This document shows positions 29,553 to 38,929 of a DNA stretch of 64,000 nt, one piece after another. The stretch is from Candidatus Kaiserbacteria bacterium. GTDB lineage: Bacteria > Patescibacteriota > Minisyncoccia > Phycocordibacterales > UBA2100. Positions within the stretch are counted from its first letter, which is position 1. Each line of letters begins with the position of its first letter. The stretch is from assembly GCA_016186695.1 (NCBI GenBank), contig JACPLC010000005.1:852-64851 (forward strand). The letters are read 5' to 3'. The notes below the pieces were generated by a model, which was not told the origin of the DNA, did no database searches, and saw only the letters and a list, made by a program, of their open reading frames with translations. The position numbers and the translations under genes are program-made.

Positions 29553-30806
29553 TTACTGTTCGAGGTGTCCGATAAGGTCGTTCTCGGAAACGAACATCGT
29601 CGAGCCGGCGGCACGAGAGACGACCTCGACACCTCCCTCCGACATCGTCTTTTCCGAAATAACGAGCCGTTTTGGGATGCCAATCAAATCCGAATCGGCA
29701 AACTTTTCTCCTGCACGCACATCGCGATCGTCGTATAGAGTCTCGATGCCGTTCTCGGAAAGCATTTCGTACAGCCGGTCAGCTTCTGCTGTAACGTCAC
29801 CGTTCCCACCCGAAATGGCAACCAGGTGCGCAGCAAACGGTGCAACCGCCGAAGGCCACGCGAGCCCCTTGCCGTCGGAGAAAACTTCCGCGAGCACTCC
29901 CATCAAACGAGTCGGGCCGATGCCATAGGAGCCCATGATGACATCTTCTTGTTTCCCATCTTTCCCCTTAAAGCGCAAACCGAGTGCTTTCGAGAAGCGC
30001 GTGCCGAGGCTGAAAATATTCCCGACCTCGACGGCCTTCGCCTCCGTGAGCTCGTTTTTCGAGAGTCCGAGGTCTGCGAGTACTTCGGCATTCATTACTT
30101 CCTTGTTGATGGCAATTCGCTTCTCCTTGTGCACATACACTGTATCCTCGCCCACATCGGAGAGACACTGGAACTCGTGGCTATACTTTGAAAATACGCC
30201 GCCGGAGGCGAAGGTGCGGTAGGTCTGCTCGCCGATTCCGAGCCGCTCGAAGATCCGCTGGTACGCGGAAGCGACCGTTTCGTACAGTTTTGTGTGTTCC
30301 TCTTCCGAAGCCGTAAACGTGTAGAGATCTTTCATAAGAAATTCGCGCCCGCGGACGATACCACTCTTGGCGCGCTCCTCATTGCGAAATTTCCACTGGA
30401 TCTGATACACGAGCTTCGGCAGATCGTGGTACGAGGAGATGTGAGAGCGCATGATGCTCGTCAGCGGCTCTTCATGCGTGAAGCCTAACCCAACTTCTCC
30501 GCCATCTTTGAGTTTCGTCTTGAACCAGCTGTCGACGACCGAATCACTCCAACGATCCGTCTGCTCCCATAGCTCTTTCTGCTGCAGGGTCGTCATAAGG
30601 ATTTCCTGCCCGCCGATCTTATTCATCTCGTCGCGGATGACCGCGCTAATGCGCTCGAGAACTCGCAGACCAAGTGGCAGAAGCGAATATACTCCCGCCA
30701 TCTCCTTATGGATGAATCCTGCACGGATGAGCAGCTGGGCGTTTTTTGCGACCTCGTCTTTCGGTGCCTCGCGGCGTGTTTTTGTGAAGAGTTGCGACTG
30801 GCGCAT
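29553..30806 (-). CDS. proS: Prolyl-tRNA synthetase (short form, no insertion domain)
   Basis: Class II aaRS motifs and a C-terminal anticodon-binding domain; 417 aa. Confidence 0.8.
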   Translation of the reverse strand: MRQSQLFTKTRREAPKDEVAKNAQLLIRAGFIHKEMAGVYSLLPLGLRVLERISAVIRDEMNKIGGQEILMTTLQQKELWEQTDRWSDSVVDSWFKTKLKDGGEVGLGFTHEEPLTSIMRSHISSYHDLPKLVYQIQWKFRNEERAKSGIVRGREFLMKDLYTFTASEEEHTKLYETVASAYQRIFERLGIGEQTYRTFASGGVFSKYSHEFQCLSDVGEDTVYVHKEKRIAINKEVMNAEVLADLGLSKNELTEAKAVEVGNIFSLGTRFSKALGLRFKGKDGKQEDVIMGSYGIGPTRLMGVLAEVFSDGKGLAWPSAVAPFAAHLVAISGGNGDVTAEADRLYEMLSENGIETLYDDRDVRAGEKFADSDLIGIPKRLVISEKTMSEGGVEVVSRAAGSTMFVSENDLIGHLEQ

Positions 30807-30879
30807 GGTGCGAGCATTGTAAAGCGCTGCACGCTTCTTGGCAAAGCGTACATTCCTCTCGTCTTACGCGAGCACCTTC

Positions 30880-31851
30880 TTAGGTAAGCAAACGCGCGAT
30901 GTCGTTGTAGGTGACAGTAATCATGAGAACAATAATGAGTGCCACACCGAGCGCATTCAACATCTGGAGAGTGAGTTTGGGCGCGGAGCGGCGCATGATC
31001 GTTTCGATACCCAAGAGGACCAAGCGCCCGCCGTCGAGCGCGGGGATCGGAATGAGGTTGATGATAGCGAGGTTGACGGATATGAAAGCGGCAAGCGCGA
31101 GGACGCGAACGACGGTTATGAACGAGTTCTTCGTTGTCGTGACTGCTTGCACGGCGGCATCCCCCCACGAGAGCGGGCGTGAACTCACGAGAACAACGCC
31201 GACGCCAAGAGCCGGCCGTCCTGCAGCCTCGGGCACGACCGCATGCGCCGGAGTGATATTAGTCGTGCGCTCTTGCCCGGCATGCAGATACGTCAGCGTC
31301 ACGGCTTGTCCGGGATGCGCGCGAATAAAATCCGAGAATGCTTCCGGTGTGAGCTTCATAAGAACGACGTCTTCATCTTCGAGTCCGAGAATTTCGTCGC
31401 CGGCTGTAATCCCCGCCGAATCCGCCGGTGAACCCGGCACAACGTTTGCGATCATGAGTCGCACCACTTCGCCCTCCGCAGGCGTCTCAACGACGCGCGG
31501 AATGCCCGCGTGCAGCGCCGCAGTAAAGAGCGCCCACGCCGCGAGTGCATTCATCGCGACTCCCGCGACGAGGATAAGCGCCTGCACGGCGCGATTGGCA
31601 TCGACAAGACTTCCCGCACCATGTTGCTCCTCACCCACATCGCCAAAGAGACGTACGAAACCGCCAAACGGGATCCAATTCAGCGTATACTCGGTTCCTC
31701 CAAGTCTCCCGACTGTGAACGCTCGCGGCGGATAGCCGATGCCGAACTCCTCGACCCTCACTCTTGAAATTTTGGCAGCAATAAAGTGCCCGAGTTCGTG
31801 CACGACAATAAGGAACACGAGAATTCCGACAACAAGAAGTGCGGTGATCAT
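30880..31851 (-). CDS. Site-2 protease, M50 family (RseP-like) with a PDZ domain
   Basis: HELGH zinc motif in the first TM helix and a downstream LDG motif. Confidence 0.8.
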   Translation of the reverse strand: MITALLVVGILVFLIVVHELGHFIAAKISRVRVEEFGIGYPPRAFTVGRLGGTEYTLNWIPFGGFVRLFGDVGEEQHGAGSLVDANRAVQALILVAGVAMNALAAWALFTAALHAGIPRVVETPAEGEVVRLMIANVVPGSPADSAGITAGDEILGLEDEDVVLMKLTPEAFSDFIRAHPGQAVTLTYLHAGQERTTNITPAHAVVPEAAGRPALGVGVVLVSSRPLSWGDAAVQAVTTTKNSFITVVRVLALAAFISVNLAIINLIPIPALDGGRLVLLGIETIMRRSAPKLTLQMLNALGVALIIVLMITVTYNDIARLLT

Positions 31852-32600
31852 AGTTCTTCTTTAAGCCCGTAGACCTTCCGTAGCCTATCCGCCCACATTG
31901 CCCGGCGAACTTGCCGCATCTGAGAAACGCGCTCCGGGACCATGTGTGGGAACATTCGAGATTCCATTTTTGTTTTTGACTCACCTTTTTCCTTGCTCTG
32001 TTCGGTATCGAGTATTTCACGCAACACGGTATTCAGAAAACTTCGCCGATATTCGTCCGGAATCATGTTGATCTTTTTTCCGATCAGCCGGCGATACTCA
32101 TCGACGCCGGGACCAACAGCTAGCATCCCGAGCAACGCCACCGCGCGAGCAATTCGAACGTGTTCCTTAGGTGGCGTTTCGTGCGGATTTGCAAACGCCC
32201 TGTCCATTAACTCACTGTTCAGGTCGTATCGATCTGTGCCTGGCATATGAGTTGGATATGCATTCTTTTCTTCTGCCACATACTTGCGGTGTTCCGAGTC
32301 CTTAATGCGTCCGAGCTTCTTTTCGACATTCGAATTCAAAGAAGAATCATATAAAAGCGCAAAATCTATATCCGATTGTGCATGATGCTCTCCATGTCGT
32401 TCCCGTGTGCCGTACCCAAGTGCCGACGACCCAAACGGAACTAGGCCGACAAAAGCCTCTTGGCTTCCCATCTCGCGCTGCATTCGCCTAATCACTTTGG
32501 ATAGTTCGGGATTAGGCGTACCGTCACTGTCACGCAGGATAAAAAGCTTCCTCTCCAGTGAGTCGAGGTACCCGGCTCGATATTTCTCCGGGCCTGTCAT
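31848..32600 (-). CDS. Nucleotidyltransferase-fold protein
   Basis: GS..(x)n..DID motif FGSSALGYGTRERHGEHHAQSDIDFAL. Lower GC than its neighbours. Confidence 0.5.
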   Translation of the reverse strand: MTGPEKYRAGYLDSLERKLFILRDSDGTPNPELSKVIRRMQREMGSQEAFVGLVPFGSSALGYGTRERHGEHHAQSDIDFALLYDSSLNSNVEKKLGRIKDSEHRKYVAEEKNAYPTHMPGTDRYDLNSELMDRAFANPHETPPKEHVRIARAVALLGMLAVGPGVDEYRRLIGKKINMIPDEYRRSFLNTVLREILDTEQSKEKGESKTKMESRMFPHMVPERVSQMRQVRRAMWADRLRKVYGLKEEL

Positions 32601-32601
32601 A

Positions 32602-33156
32602 TCAGCTGCTCATCTCTTTCTGCTTTGATTCAAATGCTCCCTCAAGCTCTTTGTTTGCTTTGTCGATGCGCTTTTGTAGTTCGTCTTTGAGATTGAATTT
32701 GTCATCTTCCGTAAGCGCGCTCGTGCGCACCTTTTCCTGAATGTCTTTCCATGCCTCGTCACGCGCTACTCGCACGGTCGTGCGTGCCTCTTCGAGCTTG
32801 CCTTTTGCAAGCTTCACGAGCTGCTCGCGCCGCTCCGAAGTAAGCTCGGGAAAGCTGACGCGCACGATTGCGCCGTCGGAAGAAGTGCCGACGCCTAGAT
32901 TGGCTGCCGAGATCGCCCGCTCGATATCTTTGAGAAGCGACGCGTCGAACGGCTGCACGCGCAGCGTCCGTGCATCTTCGACGCCGACGCTCGCGACCTG
33001 CTTGAGCGGCATCATCGAACCGTAGGCAGAAACTGTCACACTATCGAGAATCGCCGGCGCGGCGCGCCCTGTGCGTAATCCACGATACTCCTTCGCGAGC
33101 CACTCTCTTGCGGCAGCGACTTTTCCATCGAACTGTTTGAAATCGTAGTTGGCCAT
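32602..33156 (-). CDS. frr: Ribosome recycling factor
   Basis: 184 aa, alignable to RRF throughout. Confidence 0.9.
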   Translation of the reverse strand: MANYDFKQFDGKVAAAREWLAKEYRGLRTGRAAPAILDSVTVSAYGSMMPLKQVASVGVEDARTLRVQPFDASLLKDIERAISAANLGVGTSSDGAIVRVSFPELTSERREQLVKLAKGKLEEARTTVRVARDEAWKDIQEKVRTSALTEDDKFNLKDELQKRIDKANKELEGAFESKQKEMSS

Positions 33157-33168
33157 TGCGACACAATA

Positions 33169-33843
33169 TCACATTCGGGGCACGAGGAGCGCGACCTGCT
33201 CTAAAAGCGGCTTCACGAGTGCGCCCCTGTCTGCAACATACTTTCGCGCGCGATAGACCGATTCGAGTCCCTCACGGCAAGTAGCGTGAAGTCCTGCAGC
33301 ATCCGCCTTCTTTCCCACGGCACTCTCCAGCGACGCAAGAAATGAGAGAATCGCCCCGAGATCGCGCTTGTCGTCATCGCCTTTCTCAAGAAGAGGCTTC
33401 AGAAGATCGAGACGTTTCTGCGGAAGGGCGGAGAGAAACTGTTTCGCATCGACCATCTCTTTCTGGAGACGTACATCGTCGAGAACGAGAGTTTGAAGCC
33501 GCGAGCGGAGCGTGGGGAGAAGCGCTTGAGGCGAGTGCACAATGAGAAAAAAGAGGGTGTTGCCTGCTGGCTCTTCGAGCGTTTTGAGAAGTGCGTTTTG
33601 CGCTTCGCGGTTGATATCGGGTGCTGCGATGACGAATACACGCCTTTCTCTGAGGGGACGCAGCGAAGCGCGCTCGCGAAGCTCGCGCGCCTCATCTATG
33701 CCGAAATGCTTGTATGCTCTCACGTACAAGTCGGGGTTCTTTTTTGTGCTGATGCCCTGCTCCTCCAAAAATGCAAGTATGCCGGCAATAATTTGCGGAC
33801 CTCCAGCCACTAGGTGAGTATTCCCCACCAGCTTTGCCTTCAT
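33169..33843 (-). CDS. holB: DNA polymerase III delta-prime subunit
   Basis: AAA+ clamp-loader box (LLKTLEEP, SRLQTL). Internal start at MKAKLVG; 224 aa. Confidence 0.7.
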   Translation of the reverse strand: MKAKLVGNTHLVAGGPQIIAGILAFLEEQGISTKKNPDLYVRAYKHFGIDEARELRERASLRPLRERRVFVIAAPDINREAQNALLKTLEEPAGNTLFFLIVHSPQALLPTLRSRLQTLVLDDVRLQKEMVDAKQFLSALPQKRLDLLKPLLEKGDDDKRDLGAILSFLASLESAVGKKADAAGLHATCREGLESVYRARKYVADRGALVKPLLEQVALLVPRM

Positions 33844-33895
33844 CGCTTGAGTATAGCAATGCGGGGGTATACTGCCGACAAGTAGTAAATCCTCC

Positions 33896-34405
33896 ATGAA
33901 AGACCCGTACCACATCTGGAAAACAGCAATCGGCATCACGCGCTGGATCGGTTCCCCGACGTCGGTTGTGATACACACGGTTCTTTTCGTCGGCGCATTC
34001 GTCGCAGCTTCAGAAGAATTTGTCCCCTTTCAGGAAATGCTTCTCATCCTGACGACAATCGTCTCTCTGGAGGCGATATATCTTTCTATATTTATTCAAA
34101 TGACCATCAACTATACGACGCAAGAACTTGTCGAGGTGAGCGAGGACATCGAGGAAATGCAGGAAGATATCGGTGAGATTCAGGAAGATGTCGGGGAGCT
34201 TCAAGAAAATGTAGAAGAAATCAGTGAGGACGTCGAGGAAATAACGGAAGAAGAAGAGTCGGAAGAAGCCGCGGAAGAACAACGAAAGGCCGAGCAGAAG
34301 AAAACGCTTGTGGATATTCAGACGGATCTGCGGAAACTAATGCAGGACATCACCAAACTCCAGCAATCAGGGCCGAAAGAGAGTCCGCCCGCGAGAACCG
34401 AGTAA
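33896..34405 (+). CDS. DUF1003-like membrane protein with an acidic heptad-repeat tail
   Basis: Two TM helices followed by 5 x (E-D/N-I/V-E/G-E-I/L/M-Q/S/T) repeats. Confidence 0.55.
   Translation: MKDPYHIWKTAIGITRWIGSPTSVVIHTVLFVGAFVAASEEFVPFQEMLLILTTIVSLEAIYLSIFIQMTINYTTQELVEVSEDIEEMQEDIGEIQEDVGELQENVEEISEDVEEITEEEESEEAAEEQRKAEQKKTLVDIQTDLRKLMQDITKLQQSGPKESPPARTE
34142..34246 (+). repeat. 5 x 21-bp in-frame tandem repeat inside the DUF1003-like gene
   Basis: gaggacatcgaggaaatgcag / gaagatatcggtgagattcag / ... read directly from the sequence. Confidence 0.7.
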
Positions 34406-34453
34406 CACTACAACTACAAGGTTCAACCTTGTACCAATTGGCGCCCAATTGAG

Positions 34454-35470
34454 CTATCTTTTGGCGATTATTGCTTTTTTGTACGCATCCAAGTGCTTCA
34501 AGGCTTCACCGGTGCCCATCGCGACGCAAAACGGGGCGTCTTTGGCAAGCCGCGCTCGTACGCCGGTGCGGCGGAAGACGAGCTCGGGAAAGTTCCGAAG
34601 GAGACTCGTCCCGCCTGTCATCACAATGCCGTTGTCGATGATGTCGGCCGCGAGCTCAGGCGGCGTATCCTGCAAAACGTCTTTCATCGCGTTGATGATA
34701 GTGCGCAATTCCTTCCCGATGGCGCGCACTACTTCGTTGGTGCCTATCTCGAGTGAACGCGGCAAGCCCGTGAGATGGTCGCGGCCTTTGACCATCATCA
34801 AAAGTTCCTGTTCGATTGGTACTGCCGAGCCGATGCGTATCTTTACATCCTCGGCCATTTTATCGCCGATGGAGAGGTTGTAGGTTTTCTTGATGTAGTC
34901 TGCGATTGCGCGATCCAGGGCGTTCCCCGCGCACTTGACCGAGGTCGAAGCAACGATACCGCCGAGCGAGATTACCGCGATGTCTGTGGTGCCGCCACCA
35001 ATGTCAACGATCATGTGCCCGCGCGCCTCGTGGATGGGAATTCCTGCGCCGATCGCAGCGAGTATCGGCTCTTTGACGACGTAGGCTTCGCGTGCGCCGG
35101 CCTTCGTCGCAGCCTCCACGACAGCGCGACGTTCGGTAGAGGTAACGCCCGCCGGCACCGAGACCATGACCTCCGGTCGGAAGAGGTTCCACTTTCCGAG
35201 CGACTTTCTTATGTAGTAGCGGAGCATCGCTTCGGTCACGCGGTAGTCGGCAATAACACCGTCTTTCATCGGCCGGTACGCGACGATCTCGTCCGGCGTG
35301 CGCCCCACCATCTCTTTAGCGTCATTGCCGACCGCGAGAATTTTGTTGCCCGCCGTAGAAACAGCCACGACCGACGGTTCGTTCAACACGATCCCCTTCC
35401 CCGGCACGAAGACCAAAACCGTCGTTGTACCAAGATCAATGCCGAGCTTTGGAGCAAACGAGAAGGCCAT
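34454..35470 (-). CDS. MreB-like actin homologue (second paralogue)
   Basis: LGIDLGTT, DIGGGTTD; 338 aa. Confidence 0.8.
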   Translation of the reverse strand: MAFSFAPKLGIDLGTTTVLVFVPGKGIVLNEPSVVAVSTAGNKILAVGNDAKEMVGRTPDEIVAYRPMKDGVIADYRVTEAMLRYYIRKSLGKWNLFRPEVMVSVPAGVTSTERRAVVEAATKAGAREAYVVKEPILAAIGAGIPIHEARGHMIVDIGGGTTDIAVISLGGIVASTSVKCAGNALDRAIADYIKKTYNLSIGDKMAEDVKIRIGSAVPIEQELLMMVKGRDHLTGLPRSLEIGTNEVVRAIGKELRTIINAMKDVLQDTPPELAADIIDNGIVMTGGTSLLRNFPELVFRRTGVRARLAKDAPFCVAMGTGEALKHLDAYKKAIIAKR

Positions 35471-35536
35471 AGAGATAGGGAGTATATCGTATTTACTGCC
35501 CCAAAGTCGAGCGTCAGATGAAGATGGCCGTGCTTC

Positions 35537-35803
35537 CTACTTCTCGTATTTCTCAGGATTCAGCAGATACCAAAACTTCTTGGAAAAATTCTGCGCGTCG
35601 TCGCATACCCGCTTGATATAGTAGAGATCCTTTGTAGGAATTTTCTCCAAGAGCTTCCCCATTCGCCCCATCGATATCGGCGGCAAGCCGTCCCGCACGC
35701 GGCTCGAATTCAGCTTTTTGCAGAAATATTCCATCAGCTCGCCTCGCTCCGTCGCGCGGCTTTTTGTTAGTGCTTTCTTGAGATGCACGCCAATGTGTCT
35801 CAT
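35537..35803 (-). CDS. Hypothetical small protein
   Basis: 88-aa ORF, no family recognised. Confidence 0.3.
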   Translation of the reverse strand: MRHIGVHLKKALTKSRATERGELMEYFCKKLNSSRVRDGLPPISMGRMGKLLEKIPTKDLYYIKRVCDDAQNFSKKFWYLLNPEKYEK

Positions 35804-36089
35804 CGGACCAATAATATACGTTCTCCTACTTGTGTGCTATAAATACGCCGGATCTCATCGCTCTGAAGGTTGTCTTTCCCTGCCACGGCTGGCAGGACGT
35901 GACGCTTTCGGAGCGTGGGGACGGCATTTCACGAATGCCGGGATTGATTATTGGGCTCCACGTGTGCAACCGAGCGTGGCCCACGGAAATCCGGAACGAG
36001 AAATGATGGGAAGCGCCGTCCCGCTCGTTCCTCCCCAGCCGCTCTTGAATCCGACCATCCGCATGAGCCCCTTCTCGCGGTTAGGTCGG

Positions 36090-36136
36090 GGGTCGCGGCG
36101 CAATGTCTCCTGTGCGCCGCGACCTTTCTTTTTTTC
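36090..36136 (+). terminator. Strong rho-independent terminator (12-bp GC stem plus T-tract)
   Basis: ggtcgcggcgca-atgtctcctg-tgcgccgcgacc followed by tttctttttttcc. Confidence 0.7.
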
Positions 36137-36207
36137 CTAACTACCCGCAAAACAAACGCTCTACCCATGAGATAGCGACAGATTATCTCACGGGGTATAG
36201 TTCCCGA

Positions 36208-36750
36208 ATGCGGACAATTTTGCCCTCGAACACAAATCCTGCGCTCCGGAAAATGGCGCGGGATATTCCTATTTCCGAGATAAAGACGAGACGAATTCAG
36301 AACCTCGTGCGGGAGATGAGGGCGCTTCTTAAAAAAGAGGAGTATGGCGTTGCCCTCGCCGCGCCACAGGTTGGCGAGTCTCTGAAACTTTTCATCGTTT
36401 CCGGCCGCGCACTTGCGCGAGGCTCGCGCAATGCCCTCGACGAACCTCAAGACGATGAGGTCAGACCTCATCGGGTCATGCCGGATCAGGTATACATCAA
36501 TCCCGAGCTCATCAAGGTGTCACGAGGAAAGAAAGAAAAACACGAGGGGTGCCTTTCCATCCGCGGCAAGTGGGGCACCGTACCGCGCGCCGAAAAAGCA
36601 ACAATCCGCGCCTACGACGAGCGTGGCGTGCGGTTCACGCGAGGTGCCTCCGGCTTCCTTGCACACATCTTCCAGCACGAGATGGACCACCTGCAGGGCA
36701 TTCTCTATACCGACAAAGCGACCAAGGTCTATGACGAAAAAGAAAAGTGA
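36208..36750 (+). CDS. def: Peptide deformylase
   Basis: GxGxAAxQ (VALAAPQVG), EGCLS and HEMDH motifs. The start is taken at MRTILPS. Confidence 0.85.
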   Translation: MRTILPSNTNPALRKMARDIPISEIKTRRIQNLVREMRALLKKEEYGVALAAPQVGESLKLFIVSGRALARGSRNALDEPQDDEVRPHRVMPDQVYINPELIKVSRGKKEKHEGCLSIRGKWGTVPRAEKATIRAYDERGVRFTRGASGFLAHIFQHEMDHLQGILYTDKATKVYDEKEK

Positions 36751-37618
36751 AATTCAATTTGCCTTTTTCGGCACGCCGGAGCTCGCCGCTGTATTTCTCG
36801 ACGATCTCGAGAAAGACGGACTCATGCCGTCACTCGTCGTTACAACGCCCGACAAATCAAAGGGCAGGGGGATGGCCGTCACTCCCCCGCCGGTAAAAGT
36901 ATGGGCCGAAAAGAAAAAGATACCGGTCCTTCAACCCGAGCGTCTGGACGCTGATTTTCTCTACAAACTACAAACTACTGACTACGATCTGTTTGTAGTT
37001 ATCTACTACGGCAAAATACTCCCGCGCGAAATTTTTTCGATGCCGAAACACGGCACCATTAACATTCACTTCTCGCTCCTTCCGCGCTGGAAGGGAACCT
37101 CCCCGATACGAGCCGCAATATTGAACGACGACCGCAAGGTGGGAACATCGCTTGTTTTGATGGACGAAAAAATTGATCACGGCAGAATCATTGCGCAAAA
37201 AGAATTCCATATAGCGGTATGGCCACCGAGTGCAAAAGCCCTTGAAATCCTCGCAACACACGAAAGTGCAAAACTGTTACGTGCTGTCATCGGACCGTGG
37301 ACTACCGGCGAGATAGAGGCACAGGAGCAAAATCATGATTTGGAAACAATGTGTCCGACACTGGAAAAAGCCAATGGTCTGATCAATTTCGCCGACGACC
37401 CTTACAAAAATCTCCTTAAAATACGTGCCCTTGACAGCACGATCGGCACGCATGCGTTTTTCGAAAGAAACGGAAAGAAAATCCGCGTGCAAATCCTCGA
37501 CGCGCATCTCGAGGGGAAAAAATTGATCATCGACCGCGTAAAACCCGAGGGCAAACGCGAAATGGACTACAAGGATTTTCTGCGCTCGGGTGCAAAACCA
37601 TCAAAAAATAAAAAGTGA
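36731..37618 (+). CDS. fmt: Methionyl-tRNA formyltransferase
   Basis: Begins MTKKKSEIQFAFFGTPELA; contains the SLLPRWKG motif; overlaps the def stop by 20 nt. Confidence 0.85.
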   Translation: MTKKKSEIQFAFFGTPELAAVFLDDLEKDGLMPSLVVTTPDKSKGRGMAVTPPPVKVWAEKKKIPVLQPERLDADFLYKLQTTDYDLFVVIYYGKILPREIFSMPKHGTINIHFSLLPRWKGTSPIRAAILNDDRKVGTSLVLMDEKIDHGRIIAQKEFHIAVWPPSAKALEILATHESAKLLRAVIGPWTTGEIEAQEQNHDLETMCPTLEKANGLINFADDPYKNLLKIRALDSTIGTHAFFERNGKKIRVQILDAHLEGKKLIIDRVKPEGKREMDYKDFLRSGAKPSKNKK

Positions 37619-37743
37619 GGGGATATTGCGTTGCGAGGGTCTTCGCGCATTCCTTAACACAGCGAGGGCGGAAGTGCTTTTCCGTCGAGGACCTTGTCCG
37701 AGCGAAGCGAGTCCCGCAGGCGGAAAACGCTTCCGCCCGAGCG

Positions 37744-38112
37744 CTACCCTCCGAAGCGGAGCAGGCGCTTGGCAAGAGCGCCGCTTTTCCGATACAGGCG
37801 AATGTGGAGCTTCCGCTCGCGACGAAGCTGGCGCTCGGCCTCCTCTTTCACATCATCGATAGCGCCGTTGATACTTTCGGAATTGTTCCGCGCGTAGACA
37901 CGCTCCGCGCCCGGAACGATAATGTGTATTTCCGCAAACCAAATATTCGCACCGTGCCGCGGACGCCCCGCGTCGCGCCCAAGCTCTACTTCGATGCGAG
38001 CGACATCTTCGGAGCCTGCGAGAAGTTTTTGGAGTGACTCGATGCGGCTATCGAGATACGCCTGCACGTCCGGCGTCATCTGGAAGTCGGTTGCTTTGAT
38101 ACGAACGTCCAT
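37744..38112 (-). CDS. hpf: Ribosome hibernation promoting factor (HPF/RaiA)
   Basis: 122 aa; MDVRIKATDFQMTPDVQAYLDSRIESL is typical of HPF. Confidence 0.85.
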   Translation of the reverse strand: MDVRIKATDFQMTPDVQAYLDSRIESLQKLLAGSEDVARIEVELGRDAGRPRHGANIWFAEIHIIVPGAERVYARNNSESINGAIDDVKEEAERQLRRERKLHIRLYRKSGALAKRLLRFGG

Positions 38113-38259
38113 ACCCGGTTAGTAGAATGTGCCTTTGCGGCAAACGCCTGCCGGCTGCCGCGGCGTGAGCGACCAAGTCTCACCTGTTGCACTTTGGATG
38201 CGTTCGCTGTTTGTTTTCATCGTTCGTGTAAGCCTAAGGCACATTACACTACCGGGCAT
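38113..38259. repeat. Copy B of the roughly 150-bp TIR-bearing intergenic element
   Basis: See copy A at 1905-2052. It starts directly after the hpf start codon. Confidence 0.6.
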
Positions 38260-38265
38260 ATGAAT

Positions 38266-38883
38266 TTACTGGGCGACACGCTTATACTTCCCCATCAATT
38301 CCGCCTGCGCGACGACATGACCCTCCATCGCCCGCAAGACATCTGCCTTCGAAGCGCCCGCGGGAAGATCAAGCATCGTGTCGAGCGCAAAGAGCTTGAA
38401 GAAATAGCGGTGTTCGCTCGGCTCGTACTCTCGCGGCGGGCAGGGCCCTGTGTATTGATTCTTCCCCGCTCCATTTGCACCTGCTGTGCCCGCGCTTCCG
38501 GATTGTGCGATTTCCGTCGTTGCCGGTGGAATATTGAAGAGTGTCCAGTGATCAAACGAATCGATGCCGCGCTCTTGTTTAAAAACCTGCGGAATGTCGG
38601 GATCGTCCATCAGAAGTGCGAGACTCTTTGTTCCATCGGGCACACCCGAAATAAGAAGCGGCGGGCTCACGTTCTCGGCATCGCAGGTAAATTGCGAAGG
38701 AATGCTCGCGCTACTCGAAAACGCCGGACTCGTAAGTGAAAGTGCCATAGATTCTGACGATGAACTGGTAATCCCCGAAGTATCCCCGAGGAGCATGGAG
38801 CTACGATTAAACGCGTACCACGCGCCCACGCCTACGATGATAGCCGATATCCCGATGAGTACGTAGGTGTTGCGCATCATGAA
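38266..38883 (-). CDS. YbhB/YbcL (PEBP, Raf-kinase-inhibitor-like) family protein
   Basis: LLMDDPDIP...DHWTLFNIP PEBP signature. An N-terminal TM or signal segment is present. The start is probably the MMRNTYV Met. Confidence 0.75.
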   Translation of the reverse strand, partial: FMMRNTYVLIGISAIIVGVGAWYAFNRSSMLLGDTSGITSSSSESMALSLTSPAFSSSASIPSQFTCDAENVSPPLLISGVPDGTKSLALLMDDPDIPQVFKQERGIDSFDHWTLFNIPPATTEIAQSGSAGTAGANGAGKNQYTGPCPPREYEPSEHRYFFKLFALDTMLDLPAGASKADVLRAMEGHVVAQAELMGKYKRVAQ

Positions 38884-38929
38884 GTGAGTATACCATTGCC
38901 GTTTGCGCACACTGAAGAAGTAATCTGGT

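Noticed and set aside
35830-36136. Identification of the putative ncRNA as RNase P RNA, tmRNA, 6S or SRP RNA
   Set aside because: Too short for RNase P RNA, and it lacks the P4/GGUAAGAGCGCACC motifs. It has no tRNA-like 3' end or tag-peptide ORF for tmRNA, and no SRP domain IV motif. It is left as unclassified.
36413-37618. 401-aa extended ORF as the fmt start
   Set aside because: The first 106 codons overlap def in another frame and are Ser/Arg-rich. A canonical Fmt N-terminus (MTKKKSEIQFAFFGTPE) begins at the internal Met at 36731.
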